In this document: one piece after another, positions 51,915 to 61,460 of the stretch
Layout: each line of letters starts with the position of its first letter
Position numbering within the stretch: position 1 is the first letter of the stretch
Assembly (NCBI GenBank): GCA_037142075.1
Contig: JBAXBJ010000006.1
Coordinates: forward strand, 25,266-89,265
Source of the DNA: Bacteroidota bacterium
Lineage (GTDB): Bacteria; Bacteroidota; Bacteroidia; Bacteroidales; UBA4417
DNA length: 64,000 bases
Direction of reading: 5' to 3'
Program-made: the position numbers and the translations under genes
Notes under the pieces: model-generated
Told to the model about the DNA's origin: nothing
Seen by the model: only the letters and a program-made list of their open reading frames with translations
Databases searched by the model: none

Positions 51915-53123
51915 TTATTTATGTGGCCAAAAAGCTGGTTTTGTAGTATCGCCCCCTGACATAAGACAATCGTAGCAATAACTATCAAGAATTATCATCG
52001 CGAAATAATTAGGTGTTGCATACAGGTAAGCAGGGTAAAACGTAAAAGGAATTCCTTTCAACCCGGTTCTCCTGGGTTCTTCAGATTCGATCCCGCAACC
52101 CGGATCATATTCGGAGGCCAGATTTTCAACCTGATTGATATAAATACGTTTTGATGTAACTGTGGCAGCACCGAAGAAACCCAGAATTTCCTGTCCCGGG
52201 TTGGTAACATTGTGCATATTTCCTCTGATTACCAAAGGTTGTTTTTCGTATAAACCTCCTTGTTCGTTGCTGTTGACGCGTAGCTTTTCCCAGTAATCGA
52301 AAGCTGCTTCACTTATGGCATATTGCCTGAGTAGCACGCTGTATCCATAAACCAGGCGGGAGGACGAAACGTTATCGACAAAATGGAGCGGGAAAAAGTT
52401 ATACTTGTTCTGCGACAGATTTTTTGTAGTCAGGGTGAAAACATTATTCACCAAAGCCGTTTTCCAGCATACCTGACGCGAATGATCGGGAGGCAATACA
52501 TGGTGTAGGGTGCCATCATACCACCATTCGATAGGATAAACTGCATGATATTCCCACGATTCGGTTGCTTCCCACCTAAAATATCGGCTATCAACGTTTT
52601 GTGCATCCAGGTCGGTATAAAACTGTATCCCCCTGGTGGCAATATACGGGTTGTTGGAGGGTATAGTATCCAATAAATAATAAACCGAATCCACCTTAGG
52701 GCAATCGTGGATCTGATCGAAACCGGAAACTATATTTATGCCTCCCGGCAACTGAATATCAACTTTAAACGAGGTTCCGATTGTAAGGTTGGTTTGCGGG
52801 ATTGCCACTTCGTAATTTCCATCCTGTTTATCAGTTGCAGGATATGAATTACCCTCGTCATCCATTATTTTAACAGTGCAACCTGTAACAGGGATGTATC
52901 TCGACATACTTACAGGGGATGTAGTTGATACGTTAACACGCTGAATATCATCACCCCTGTTAACCTGCCCGGTTACAACAAACTTTACAGCATCCTTACT
53001 TTCTATTTCAGGATCGTAACGTTTAATGCAGGAAGCAAGCACAACTGACAGCAGCGTAATTAGGAATAAGATTTTTTTTAGATGCTTCAATTTAAAACAA
53101 TTTATGTACTTGTATGATGGCAA
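51915..53123 (-). CDS. DUF4249-like lipoprotein (paralogue B), TonB-receptor associated
   Basis: 402 aa. Lipobox LASC followed by IKRYDPEI. Shares DAVKFVVTGQVN, RYFRWEATESWEY, EQGGLYEKQPL and the C-terminal CYDCLMSGGDTTKPAFWP with the upstream paralogue. The family name is from memory. Confidence 0.65.
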   Translation of the reverse strand: MPSYKYINCFKLKHLKKILFLITLLSVVLASCIKRYDPEIESKDAVKFVVTGQVNRGDDIQRVNVSTTSPVSMSRYIPVTGCTVKIMDDEGNSYPATDKQDGNYEVAIPQTNLTIGTSFKVDIQLPGGINIVSGFDQIHDCPKVDSVYYLLDTIPSNNPYIATRGIQFYTDLDAQNVDSRYFRWEATESWEYHAVYPIEWWYDGTLHHVLPPDHSRQVCWKTALVNNVFTLTTKNLSQNKYNFFPLHFVDNVSSSRLVYGYSVLLRQYAISEAAFDYWEKLRVNSNEQGGLYEKQPLVIRGNMHNVTNPGQEILGFFGAATVTSKRIYINQVENLASEYDPGCGIESEEPRRTGLKGIPFTFYPAYLYATPNYFAMIILDSYCYDCLMSGGDTTKPAFWPHK

Positions 53124-53174
53124 CTGAAGTAGTTCTAATTTAGAGACATGCAGCCTTGTATGTATTTTTTCATT

Positions 53175-54224
53175 TCAAAAAGGCCAAAATGAAGGCTTGA
53201 TGTTGGTTCCACCTGATAACAAGCAATTGAAACACCTTGGGTCGGGTTTAACCATTGGATCAGCTTCGGGCTCACAATCAACATACAGAACAGGAAGTCC
53301 TTTAACATTTTGCACAAATATGCGTTTCGATTTTACCGTATTTGCACTAAAATACCCGAGAACGATCTGATTGGGGTCAGAAATATTGTGAATATTTCCT
53401 TTGATTGCAAGTGGTTGTTTTTCGTATAAACCGCCTTGTTCGGTACTGTTCTCCTGTATTTTTTGCCAGTAGGTATAGGATGCTTCGCTCATTGCATACT
53501 GTCGCACCAGAAGACTATATCCAAAAGATAATCTTGGTGAAGATATATTGTCGATAAAGTGTAGCGGAAAATGATAGTATTTGTTTTGTGTAAGATTTTT
53601 GGTTGACACTAAGTAAATGCTTTTTATCGGGACGGTCGACCAGCAGATCTTTTTTGCTGAACCGGAAGTGGCGAGTTTTGCTTTATATTCCCAGGTTTCG
53701 GTCGCTTCCCACCTGAAATATCGGGTAGAAAATGTTTCGGCATTCAGATCAAGATAAAAACGTATGCCATCAATCTCGGGTGTATATTTTTCGGCTGGCA
53801 ATTGCTCCAATTGATAGTAAACAGTATCTATTTCGGGGCCATCGTGTATCTGATCGAAATCGGAAACCAGATTTACGCCACCAGGTACAACAATATCCAC
53901 TTTAAATGACGATCCGACCGAAATTTCACTCTGAGGTATGTAAACTTCGTAATTTCCATTCTGTACATCGATAGCCATATAGGAATTGCCTTTGTAGTCA
54001 ATAATTTTCACGCTGCAACCTGCAACAGGAAAAAGTCTCGGATTGCTCACCTGCGATGAAGTGGATATGTTAACACGTTGAACATCATCTCCTTTATTCA
54101 CTTGTCCGGTAACCACAAACTTTACCGCATCCGTATTCTGAATTTCAGGATCAAACCGCTTGATACAGGAAGTTTGAATAAATAAAAGCAAAACACACAA
54201 AAATGAGAATTTATTCCGATGCAT
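53175..54224 (-). CDS. DUF4249-like lipoprotein (paralogue A), TonB-receptor associated
   Basis: Start trimmed to MHRNKFSFLCVLLLFIQTSC (lipobox). Overlaps the receptor gene stop by 14 nt. Has the same conserved blocks as paralogue B (CFNCLLSGGTNIKPSFWP). Confidence 0.65.
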   Translation of the reverse strand: MHRNKFSFLCVLLLFIQTSCIKRFDPEIQNTDAVKFVVTGQVNKGDDVQRVNISTSSQVSNPRLFPVAGCSVKIIDYKGNSYMAIDVQNGNYEVYIPQSEISVGSSFKVDIVVPGGVNLVSDFDQIHDGPEIDTVYYQLEQLPAEKYTPEIDGIRFYLDLNAETFSTRYFRWEATETWEYKAKLATSGSAKKICWSTVPIKSIYLVSTKNLTQNKYYHFPLHFIDNISSPRLSFGYSLLVRQYAMSEASYTYWQKIQENSTEQGGLYEKQPLAIKGNIHNISDPNQIVLGYFSANTVKSKRIFVQNVKGLPVLYVDCEPEADPMVKPDPRCFNCLLSGGTNIKPSFWPF

Positions 54225-56988
54225 AATTCCCGAGTTTGAATAACCATGTTGCCATAAAAACAGGCACTGCAATAACCGAATACTGGTAACTGCGAATAAC
54301 GCCATCTTCCGTTTTGTAATAAACCGAATAAGGATTGTCCCTTCCCGTGGCGTTATACAGGCTAAAAATATAGGAACTGTGCATGAATTTCTGCTTTTTC
54401 AGGTTTCCCTCAATTGTAACGGAGAAGTCAGTCCTGAAATAGTCGGGGATGCGGTAGGCATTGCGCTTGGAATAATCGAGTACCGGTAAGCCGTTAACAT
54501 AATATACTGACACAGGGTAGGTAACCGGTTTGCCGGTTTGATAGGTGACAATGGTTGCGAAGGTGATTCTTCGGGTAATGTGGTAATTAAGCACTACATT
54601 GGCTACGTGCGGTATATCGAAGTTGGCAGGATAAGTTTCGCCTCCGTTTATCTGGTTCCAGGCCTCACCTCCATCCACTTTTATCATCGAGCGGGAATAT
54701 GTGTAGGCGATCCAACCTTCGATCTTACGGGCAGAGCGTTTGATGAATAACTCGATACCCCAGGCTTTTTGGTTTCCTTGCAAAACGGAGGTTTCCACCA
54801 GGGGATTGTTCAGAAAATCGGCTCCATCCTTAAACTCCGGAAAATTGCGGGTTTGCTTGTAAAACAGCTCTGCTGATGTTTCCAATCCCCATTCGGCCAG
54901 TGTGCGGAACACACCTGCTGACCACTGACTGCTTTTTGATGGAAGCAGGTGATAATCAGCAAGCTTCCATTGTGTATTAGGTGCAATGGCAGCCGTAGTA
55001 CTGAGCATAAATAAATTCTGGTGCATTTGATTAAATGCAAGTTTAACGGAGCCGGCAACATCTGTTGTAATATTTACGGCTACCCTGAAATCAGGCTCGT
55101 GGTACCAGCAGATTGGCTGATTGGAATTAAACGTAAGTGTATCTTCGATATTCCTGATGTCTTTAGGTTGATTCTCAGTATAAGTGTACACAGTCTTCGG
55201 CCCGGTTGGCACATACAATGCATACCGCATTCCTGTCGTAAGTTTCAGCCATGGCAAAACATCGCATGTCTCCGAAAGATAAATGGCATTTTCGAATCCT
55301 TGTTCCCTTCCAAGGTCAACCGGTTTACGGTAAGATTCATCTCCGTAAGGAAGCACTTTTCCCCTGTCGAGTTTATAAAGAATTATGCCTAAACCATATT
55401 CGAGAGAATTCCTCTCGTTGAGCACCTGTTTAAAATCGCTTCTGAACTCGTAATGCTCCATTTTGTAGGCATGCTGATATGAGTTCGATTCCTGCTGCTT
55501 ATCGATGGTGGAGAAAGTATATTGCGAACCGATCAATGAAAATTCAGCACGCAGAGAGTTGCTGAAGTTGTGGTTTACAGAAGCAGATAATCCATTGTTT
55601 GCGTATTCGTAGCTGCTCAGTTCGGCCAGATCGAAACGATCGAAACTATGATAAGCCAGAACTGAAAGTTGTGATTTTCGGAAATCATAGTTCAACCCGG
55701 CTGAAAAATCGTTAAACAAGGCACTGCTGTTCTGAATATCAGGACTTTTAATCTTTGTCAGTATCCAGTCGGAATAGGATGAACGGGCACTGAGAATGAA
55801 CGAACTGTTGTCTTTTGTTATCGGGCCTTCGACCACCAGGTTACCAGTAATCGGGCTTATTCCGCCTCGGGCTGTTATATGTTTTCGATTGCCCTGGCGC
55901 GTAATAATATTGAAGACTGACGAAAGATGTCCACCGTACTGTGCCGGGATGAAACCCTTGTAAATTGAAAAATCTTTGATAATATCGGCATTGAAGGCAG
56001 GGAAAAAACCGAATAAGTGGGAAGTATTGTAAATGGGTATTTTGTTGAGATAGAATGCGTTTTGGTCGGAACCACCACCACGCACGTTAATACCTGCCGA
56101 ACCTTCGCCTACACTGACAATACCCGGCAAAGTACCCGAAACTTTCAAAATATCGCGCTCGCCCATCATCATCGGTAATTCCTTGATTGATTTTATCGAC
56201 AATTTAACCAATCCTGCATCCTTGGTCTTGAAAGCCATTTGCCGGTCGCCGTATACCACAACTTCCTTCATCTGTATCATGGTCTTGACCATTTTAATTG
56301 TAAACTCCCCGTCAGAAAGCACTTCGAGTTGATATTTCTGCTTAGCATAGCCCAGGTATTCGAAATTGGCGGTATATTTTCCGGGCAAGAGTGATAACGA
56401 CACAAAACCATTAATATCCGATACTGCACCGTTTTTGGTTTCAGCAATATACATGATGGCCGAAAAAATGGGCTCACCGGTTTCCTCATCCAGGATACGA
56501 CCCAATAATTTAGCTTTTACTCCCGCAGCAATTGCATTTTTTTGGCCAACACGCAATATCTGAACCACATCAGCCTTGCGTCCCGTAATATACTTTTCTT
56601 CACTTTCGGTTATTGACTGTGCCGCCGAATCTTTCACAATGACTTTTTCTTCCAGACCTGCATATGACGGCAACTCAGAGATGAGCTTTTCGCCAGGCAA
56701 AATAATGAGATTGTCGTGCCAGGCCGACACTTCGAATCCTGAGCCGTTCAAAGCCCCCGATACAGCATCATATGCTGAGGAAGAATCTGTATCCATGGTG
56801 ACTTTAATATTCTTAACCCAGCTTTCCTGGTAAAAAACTCTGATTGAAGATTGTTGAAATACCAGGTTGCAAAAATCGCTGAATGGGACGTCTTTAACAT
56901 GGCAAGCCACCGCATGCTTGGGTTGTTGGGCAGTTGCGACTACGGTGTACAAAATAAAAAATGTAAATATAAGTAACTTGTTCATCAT
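54211..56988 (-). CDS. TonB-dependent outer-membrane receptor with N-terminal extension and carboxypeptidase-regulatory-like domain
   Basis: 925 aa. Signal peptide ...VVATAQQ. CarboxypepD_reg-like LLGRILDEETGEPIFSAIMYI...NGFVSLSLLPGKY. Plug region (DILKVSGTLPGIVSVGEGSAGINVRGG), a long barrel and an aromatic-rich C-terminus. Confidence 0.8.
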   Translation of the reverse strand: MMNKLLIFTFFILYTVVATAQQPKHAVACHVKDVPFSDFCNLVFQQSSIRVFYQESWVKNIKVTMDTDSSSAYDAVSGALNGSGFEVSAWHDNLIILPGEKLISELPSYAGLEEKVIVKDSAAQSITESEEKYITGRKADVVQILRVGQKNAIAAGVKAKLLGRILDEETGEPIFSAIMYIAETKNGAVSDINGFVSLSLLPGKYTANFEYLGYAKQKYQLEVLSDGEFTIKMVKTMIQMKEVVVYGDRQMAFKTKDAGLVKLSIKSIKELPMMMGERDILKVSGTLPGIVSVGEGSAGINVRGGGSDQNAFYLNKIPIYNTSHLFGFFPAFNADIIKDFSIYKGFIPAQYGGHLSSVFNIITRQGNRKHITARGGISPITGNLVVEGPITKDNSSFILSARSSYSDWILTKIKSPDIQNSSALFNDFSAGLNYDFRKSQLSVLAYHSFDRFDLAELSSYEYANNGLSASVNHNFSNSLRAEFSLIGSQYTFSTIDKQQESNSYQHAYKMEHYEFRSDFKQVLNERNSLEYGLGIILYKLDRGKVLPYGDESYRKPVDLGREQGFENAIYLSETCDVLPWLKLTTGMRYALYVPTGPKTVYTYTENQPKDIRNIEDTLTFNSNQPICWYHEPDFRVAVNITTDVAGSVKLAFNQMHQNLFMLSTTAAIAPNTQWKLADYHLLPSKSSQWSAGVFRTLAEWGLETSAELFYKQTRNFPEFKDGADFLNNPLVETSVLQGNQKAWGIELFIKRSARKIEGWIAYTYSRSMIKVDGGEAWNQINGGETYPANFDIPHVANVVLNYHITRRITFATIVTYQTGKPVTYPVSVYYVNGLPVLDYSKRNAYRIPDYFRTDFSVTIEGNLKKQKFMHSSYIFSLYNATGRDNPYSVYYKTEDGVIRSYQYSVIAVPVFMATWLFKLGNYASE

Positions 56989-57680
56989 CGTTTTATTATG
57001 CTATAATAATCAACTAATTCACGCATCTGACCGTCGCTTGCATTCTTTACGCTTATTTTATTCAAACGGATAAATTTCTTAATCAAATCCTGGTCTTCAG
57101 GAGGAAAAGCTTTAATGAATCCACGGTTGTTTTTGAATGGTATCATTTTATCAGTGAGAAGCAGGAACATTTCCTTTTTAACTTCCGAAAAGTAGTGACT
57201 TCCGGAAGATTTAAAACTGTCCAGCATCAATTCCTTGCTGAAGCGGTATACTATTTTTTCGCGGTTGCTGCCTAGAACCTGGTAAATACGCTTTGTCGAA
57301 TCTAACCCTGCGAAGGTTTCAAAATGGCGGCTTCCGAGTTCAAATGCCTCGAGCCAGGCTTCCGAAATCGAAATCATATTGGTCGAACCGGCAGCATTAA
57401 CATATTTAAAAACAAGCAGTTGGTTATAAATATCATAGCTGATATTTTGATTCAAATAGTTGACTCCCCGCAATGTAATTACCCCTTTAGAATCAAAATC
57501 CTTGTCCAGGTACTGCGAACCTTTGGTTCCTGGTTTCGGGAAAAAGTAATAAATCCTTCCGTTGTACAACAAAGGATCAAAACCATACACAGAATTTTGA
57601 TTATCAGCTGATTGCGCACAGGCTGATGATAAGCAAAAAGCCGCAATAATCAGGGTGAAAAAATACCGGAATGCCTTCAA
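56985..57680 (-). CDS. Secreted hypothetical protein, first gene of the TonB-receptor operon
   Basis: The listed ORF extends to 57935. A TTG at 57680 instead gives a clean signal peptide, (M)KAFRYFFTLIIAAFCLSSACAQS. 4-nt overlap with the receptor start. No known motif recognised. Confidence 0.55.
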   Translation of the reverse strand: MKAFRYFFTLIIAAFCLSSACAQSADNQNSVYGFDPLLYNGRIYYFFPKPGTKGSQYLDKDFDSKGVITLRGVNYLNQNISYDIYNQLLVFKYVNAAGSTNMISISEAWLEAFELGSRHFETFAGLDSTKRIYQVLGSNREKIVYRFSKELMLDSFKSSGSHYFSEVKKEMFLLLTDKMIPFKNNRGFIKAFPPEDQDLIKKFIRLNKISVKNASDGQMRELVDYYSIIKR

Positions 57681-58175
57681 TTGACTTAAAATTATTTGGT
57701 TTGAGCAACTCGCAGGTTTTATTCTGAAAAACCGAAAGTTTAAAATTGTAATCGGCAATGTTTTTTTTAAAGGCTTAGACTCAAGTGAACAGTTAGCAAA
57801 CTCTCCGTGCAAATCTATGAAAAAAATACACTGTTGCAGGAGTAAATAATATGAATAAATTATCGATATAAACTTCGGGCAATAGACACTGAACAGAGTG
57901 CACACGTGAATTGTGAGCTTTGGAATAAAAATCAATGCAGTTTGATAAAGAAAAAGCAGTTTAATGTCTGTTTGAACAGATATATTGTTTGTTTTTACCT
58001 TTGAATGCCAGTGATGAAACAGTTTACTCCCTCCTATTAATTAAGGATGGCATATAATTCGGGTTGCTAAACGAAGCAAACACATATAAACCAAATATTT
58101 CGGTATTAACCGTTTACACTAAATATTCATATCGATTTTTTTATTCAAATAGCTTGAAAGGTACCAACACTTTTA

Positions 58176-58183
58176 TACTTTTG
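58176..58183 (+). promoter_or_regulatory. Possible Bacteroidota -7 box TACTTTTG upstream of the AOR gene
   Basis: Matches TAnnTTTG, 36 nt upstream of the ATG at 58219. A TTG lies about 19 nt further upstream (58154-58156). Confidence 0.35.
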
Positions 58184-58218
58184 TGAATTGATTAACAGAC
58201 AGAATTAAAACCTGAAAT

Positions 58219-60372
58219 ATGAGCTTAGAAAATTTTCAAAGCACCCACAAACTCTTGTTTTCTTACAAGTACACATGGGTCCCGATCGAAAAAGGGTACA
58301 ACAACCGTACGCTTTATGTAAATGTTGGTACCGGTGAAATCAAGGAGCGACTGGTTTCGGCACAGATGAAGGAAAAGTTCACCGGGGGCAAAGGCTTTGG
58401 TCTGAAACTGCTATGGGATGCTACAAAACCTACCACCAGGTGGAACGATCCCGAAAACGAAATCGTAATTAACACAGGTCCTATCTGCGGAATTACCCAG
58501 TATTCGGGTACAGGTAAATCGTTGGTAGTCACTATTTCGCCTCAAACCGACATTCCGGTTGATAGCAATGTTGGCGGTTTCTTCGGTCCGTTTATGAAAT
58601 TTGCCGGTTTCGATTCACTGGAATTGCAGGGAAAATCGGACAAAGATGTCATTGTCTTAATTGACGAAACCCGCGAATTGATTGAAATTTACGAAGCCGG
58701 CGACGAAAGCGCCGACAGTCACCTGATGGCCGAATACCTCACCGAAACACTGGCTACAACCGAAAAAGACCGCTTGAATGTATCAGTAGTTTCGGCTGGT
58801 ACAGCAGCTGATAACTCACTTATTGGCATGTTGAATTTCAGTTTCTTTGATTCCAAGCGCAAGCTGGTTCGATTGAAACAGGCCGGCCGTGGTGGAATCG
58901 GAACTGTTTTGCGCGACAAAAAAATCAGGGCAGTTGTGGCACATTCCAAAGGTGTTACAGGCAATCGTAACGGAGTTATCGACCTCCAGGCAATAATGGA
59001 AAGAGGGAAGATATTTAACAAAGAAATGCGCGAACTTGATGACAAGCAATGCGAGATGCGCAGCAAAGGCACGGCCCACCTTACCCTGGTGATGAACGAC
59101 TATGACCTTTTACCTGTAAATAACTTTAAATTCGGGAGCCATCCCGATGCCGTGAAAATATCGGGTGATGTATGGAAATCCTATTTCACGCAAGGCGTAC
59201 CCGATGGCTGCTGGATTGGATGCAATATGGCCTGTGCCAAAGGTGTTGATAATTACGAACTCCGCTCAGGACCATACAAAGGCTCAAAAGTAATCGTCGA
59301 CGGACCCGAATATGAATCCACTTCTTCATTGGGATCAATCGCTGGCATTTTTAATCCTGATTTTACAATTGAGTCAAATTTCTATTGCGACACTTACGGC
59401 ATCTGCACCATTTCGTGGGGGACCATTCTTGGATTCGTGATGGAATGTTACGAAAACGGAATCCTGAATGAGGAACGTACCGGTGGCATGAAAATGAATT
59501 TTGGCAATGCCGACACTGCAATGGAACTGCTTCACATGGTTTCGCGTGGCGAAGGTTTTGGCAAAATTGCCGGGCAGGGTGTTCATAAAATGAAAGAACT
59601 GTTTGCCAAAAATGGCTGGGGCGATGCAGGCTTCATGCAGGATATAGGCATGGAAAACAAAGGACTGGAATATTCGCAATATGTGTCGAAAGAATCATTG
59701 GCACAGCAGGGCGGATATGCCATGACCAACAAAGGACCGCAGCACGATGAAGCATGGCTTATATTTATGGATATGGTTAACAACCAGATACCTACCTTTG
59801 AGAAGAAAGCCGAAGCTTTGCACTATTTCCCTATGTTCCGTACCTGGTTCGGATTGCAGGGACTTTGCAAACTGCCGTGGAACGATGTGGAGCCCGAAGA
59901 TAACCACACCCATGCCGAGCCGGGAAAGGTTCCCGGGCATGTTGATAATTATATTGCTATTTATAAAGCAGTTACCGGCAACGATTTCAGCAAGGAAGAG
60001 TTGATACGGCAGAGCGAGAAAGTGTATAATTTCCAGCGTATTTTCGATATACGTTGCGGAAAAGGACTTCGTAAACATGATGCACAACCCTACCGTGCTG
60101 CAGGGCCTGTTACCGAAGAAGAATACCTTAGCCGCCAGGAAAGGTACGACGGCCAACTCGTTGACCTGATCGGAATGGATCCATCGAAAATGACCTTGCA
60201 GGAAAAGATGGTTGCAACCCGTGCCTATCGCGAAAACCGTTACGAACAACTGCTCGATGCCGTGTATGCCCGTCGTGGCTGGAATAAAAACGGAGTTCCA
60301 ACCCTCGCACACCTCAAGGAATTAGGCATGGACCTGCCCGAAGTTGTTGAAGTAGTTACGCCATTGCAATAA
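58219..60372 (+). CDS. Aldehyde:ferredoxin oxidoreductase family (tungsto/molybdopterin) enzyme, long YdhV-like form
   Basis: 717 aa. N-terminal AOR domain (NRTLYVNVGTGEI...GGKGFGLKLLWD), then GRGGIGTVLRDKKIRAVV, and Cys-rich CWIGCNMAC / YCDTYGIC segments. Confidence 0.85.
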   Translation: MSLENFQSTHKLLFSYKYTWVPIEKGYNNRTLYVNVGTGEIKERLVSAQMKEKFTGGKGFGLKLLWDATKPTTRWNDPENEIVINTGPICGITQYSGTGKSLVVTISPQTDIPVDSNVGGFFGPFMKFAGFDSLELQGKSDKDVIVLIDETRELIEIYEAGDESADSHLMAEYLTETLATTEKDRLNVSVVSAGTAADNSLIGMLNFSFFDSKRKLVRLKQAGRGGIGTVLRDKKIRAVVAHSKGVTGNRNGVIDLQAIMERGKIFNKEMRELDDKQCEMRSKGTAHLTLVMNDYDLLPVNNFKFGSHPDAVKISGDVWKSYFTQGVPDGCWIGCNMACAKGVDNYELRSGPYKGSKVIVDGPEYESTSSLGSIAGIFNPDFTIESNFYCDTYGICTISWGTILGFVMECYENGILNEERTGGMKMNFGNADTAMELLHMVSRGEGFGKIAGQGVHKMKELFAKNGWGDAGFMQDIGMENKGLEYSQYVSKESLAQQGGYAMTNKGPQHDEAWLIFMDMVNNQIPTFEKKAEALHYFPMFRTWFGLQGLCKLPWNDVEPEDNHTHAEPGKVPGHVDNYIAIYKAVTGNDFSKEELIRQSEKVYNFQRIFDIRCGKGLRKHDAQPYRAAGPVTEEEYLSRQERYDGQLVDLIGMDPSKMTLQEKMVATRAYRENRYEQLLDAVYARRGWNKNGVPTLAHLKELGMDLPEVVEVVTPLQ

Positions 60373-60389
60373 AGTTTATTTTAGAATGC

Positions 60390-60431
60390 AAAATCCTCAT
60401 CACCAAGTAAATATGGTGGTGAGGATTTTTT
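60390..60431 (+). terminator. Rho-independent terminator after the AOR gene
   Basis: aaaatcctcatcacc-aagtaaata-tggtggtgaggatttttt: a 13-bp stem with one G-T pair, then a T-run. Confidence 0.8.
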
Positions 60432-60487
60432 ATTTGTGCTCTTGTTTAACTTAGCCGTAGCTGGAAAGTATTCTTTAGCATAGTTCT

Positions 60488-60509
60488 GATTGCTAATCCG
60501 CGCCAACGG
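60488..60509. repeat. 22-nt motif GATTGCTAATCCGCGCCAACGG (copy A) flanking the RelE/ParE cassette
   Basis: 19/22 identical by my own count, and in the same orientation, to 61203-61224. Confidence 0.7.
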
Positions 60510-60523
60510 AAGAACAACAGCGG

Positions 60524-60820
60524 CTAAATATTTTTCTTTTGCGGGTTCTGCCGGTTGTCAAAAAAATCAAGTAAAATGATCTTGCCATCACGAACCAAAT
60601 AAAACACATTAATTTGTTTTGCGATAGTAAAACCACTGATTCCCTTTTCCTGATTTTCAATTGTTCCAATCTCGGGAAATTCTGAAAGGACTTCGAGGAA
60701 ACTGTAAACTTTTTTGATAAATGTTCCAGTAACTTGTTCATTCCAGTGAAGCGACAAATATTCTATGATTTTATCAAACTTCCTGTCTGCCTGCTTAGTC
60801 CAGAATATCTCTAAAGCCAT
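60524..60820 (-). CDS. RelE/ParE family type II toxin
   Basis: 98 aa. MALEIFWTKQADRKFDKIIEYL... is typical of Bacteroidota ParE/RelE-like plasmid-stabilisation toxins. Overlaps the upstream small gene by 10 nt. Confidence 0.7.
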   Translation of the reverse strand: MALEIFWTKQADRKFDKIIEYLSLHWNEQVTGTFIKKVYSFLEVLSEFPEIGTIENQEKGISGFTIAKQINVFYLVRDGKIILLDFFDNRQNPQKKNI

Positions 60821-61053
60821 TTCTTATGTTTCTTTTTCAATTCATCGCTGCTGATAAGGTTTTTCTCGCTTTTGCTTTCTTCTACCGCATTCAAAAGCTC
60901 CTTCTGCTCTTCATAATCCAGCTTGTCCCACAACCGGCCATCTTTTACTTTCGTCCGCCGTTTCAATAAATCATAAAAATCCAGTAAGAGGTTCTCATTG
61001 TCAATGCTGTCGATAAGGAGGTGAAAACTCTTTTTTAGTTCTGTTGTGTCCAT
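60811..61053 (-). CDS. Putative antitoxin partner of the RelE/ParE toxin
   Basis: Start trimmed to MDTTELKK. About 80 aa, helical and charged, translationally coupled to the toxin. Assigned by position only. Confidence 0.55.
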   Translation of the reverse strand: MDTTELKKSFHLLIDSIDNENLLLDFYDLLKRRTKVKDGRLWDKLDYEEQKELLNAVEESKSEKNLISSDELKKKHKKWL

Positions 61054-61202
61054 AATTATTCCTTTTAGTATTGCAAAGTTAACAATCATTATAAGTTATT
61101 GTCTAATCCGGCTTGCATTTCGTCTGTTGTTAATTTACCAGGAAAAGGATTCACTTGGCTTCGGGTAAAAATATTTGATATTTCATTATTTATTCCGGCA
61201 CG

Positions 61203-61224
61203 GATTGCAATTCCGCACCAACGG
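61203..61224. repeat. 22-nt motif GATTGCAATTCCGCACCAACGG (copy B) flanking the RelE/ParE cassette
   Basis: Direct repeat of 60488-60509, followed by ggttgtttttttt. Confidence 0.7.
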
Positions 61225-61460
61225 GGTTGTTTTTTTTATAATCCCACATAACGCTATGCAGCAATGTTGCTTAACCGAACGCATCTGAAAGAAGATGGGC
61301 ATGAACGGGGGGGAGCACTGAATCCTGACTACCGTTTTCACTCCCCAAAACCTTTAAACCGCCGAAAGGCAGATAGTAATCCCTGGGATGCAGTTCAACC
61401 GGGAATAATCGCTGGGCGCTCCGCACCGCTCGTATTCCTATTTAGTACCATGCATTATAT

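Noticed and set aside
59695-60312. Long antisense or off-frame ORFs inside large genes. Examples: 59695..60312, 41197..41724, 28736..29260, 24390..24899, 25521..25970, 20693..21118, 23287..23703, 47852..48268, 7671..8078.
   Set aside because: Each is fully contained in a gene with strong family motifs on the other strand or frame. Their translations are low-complexity, Arg/Ser/Cys-rich and carry no motifs.
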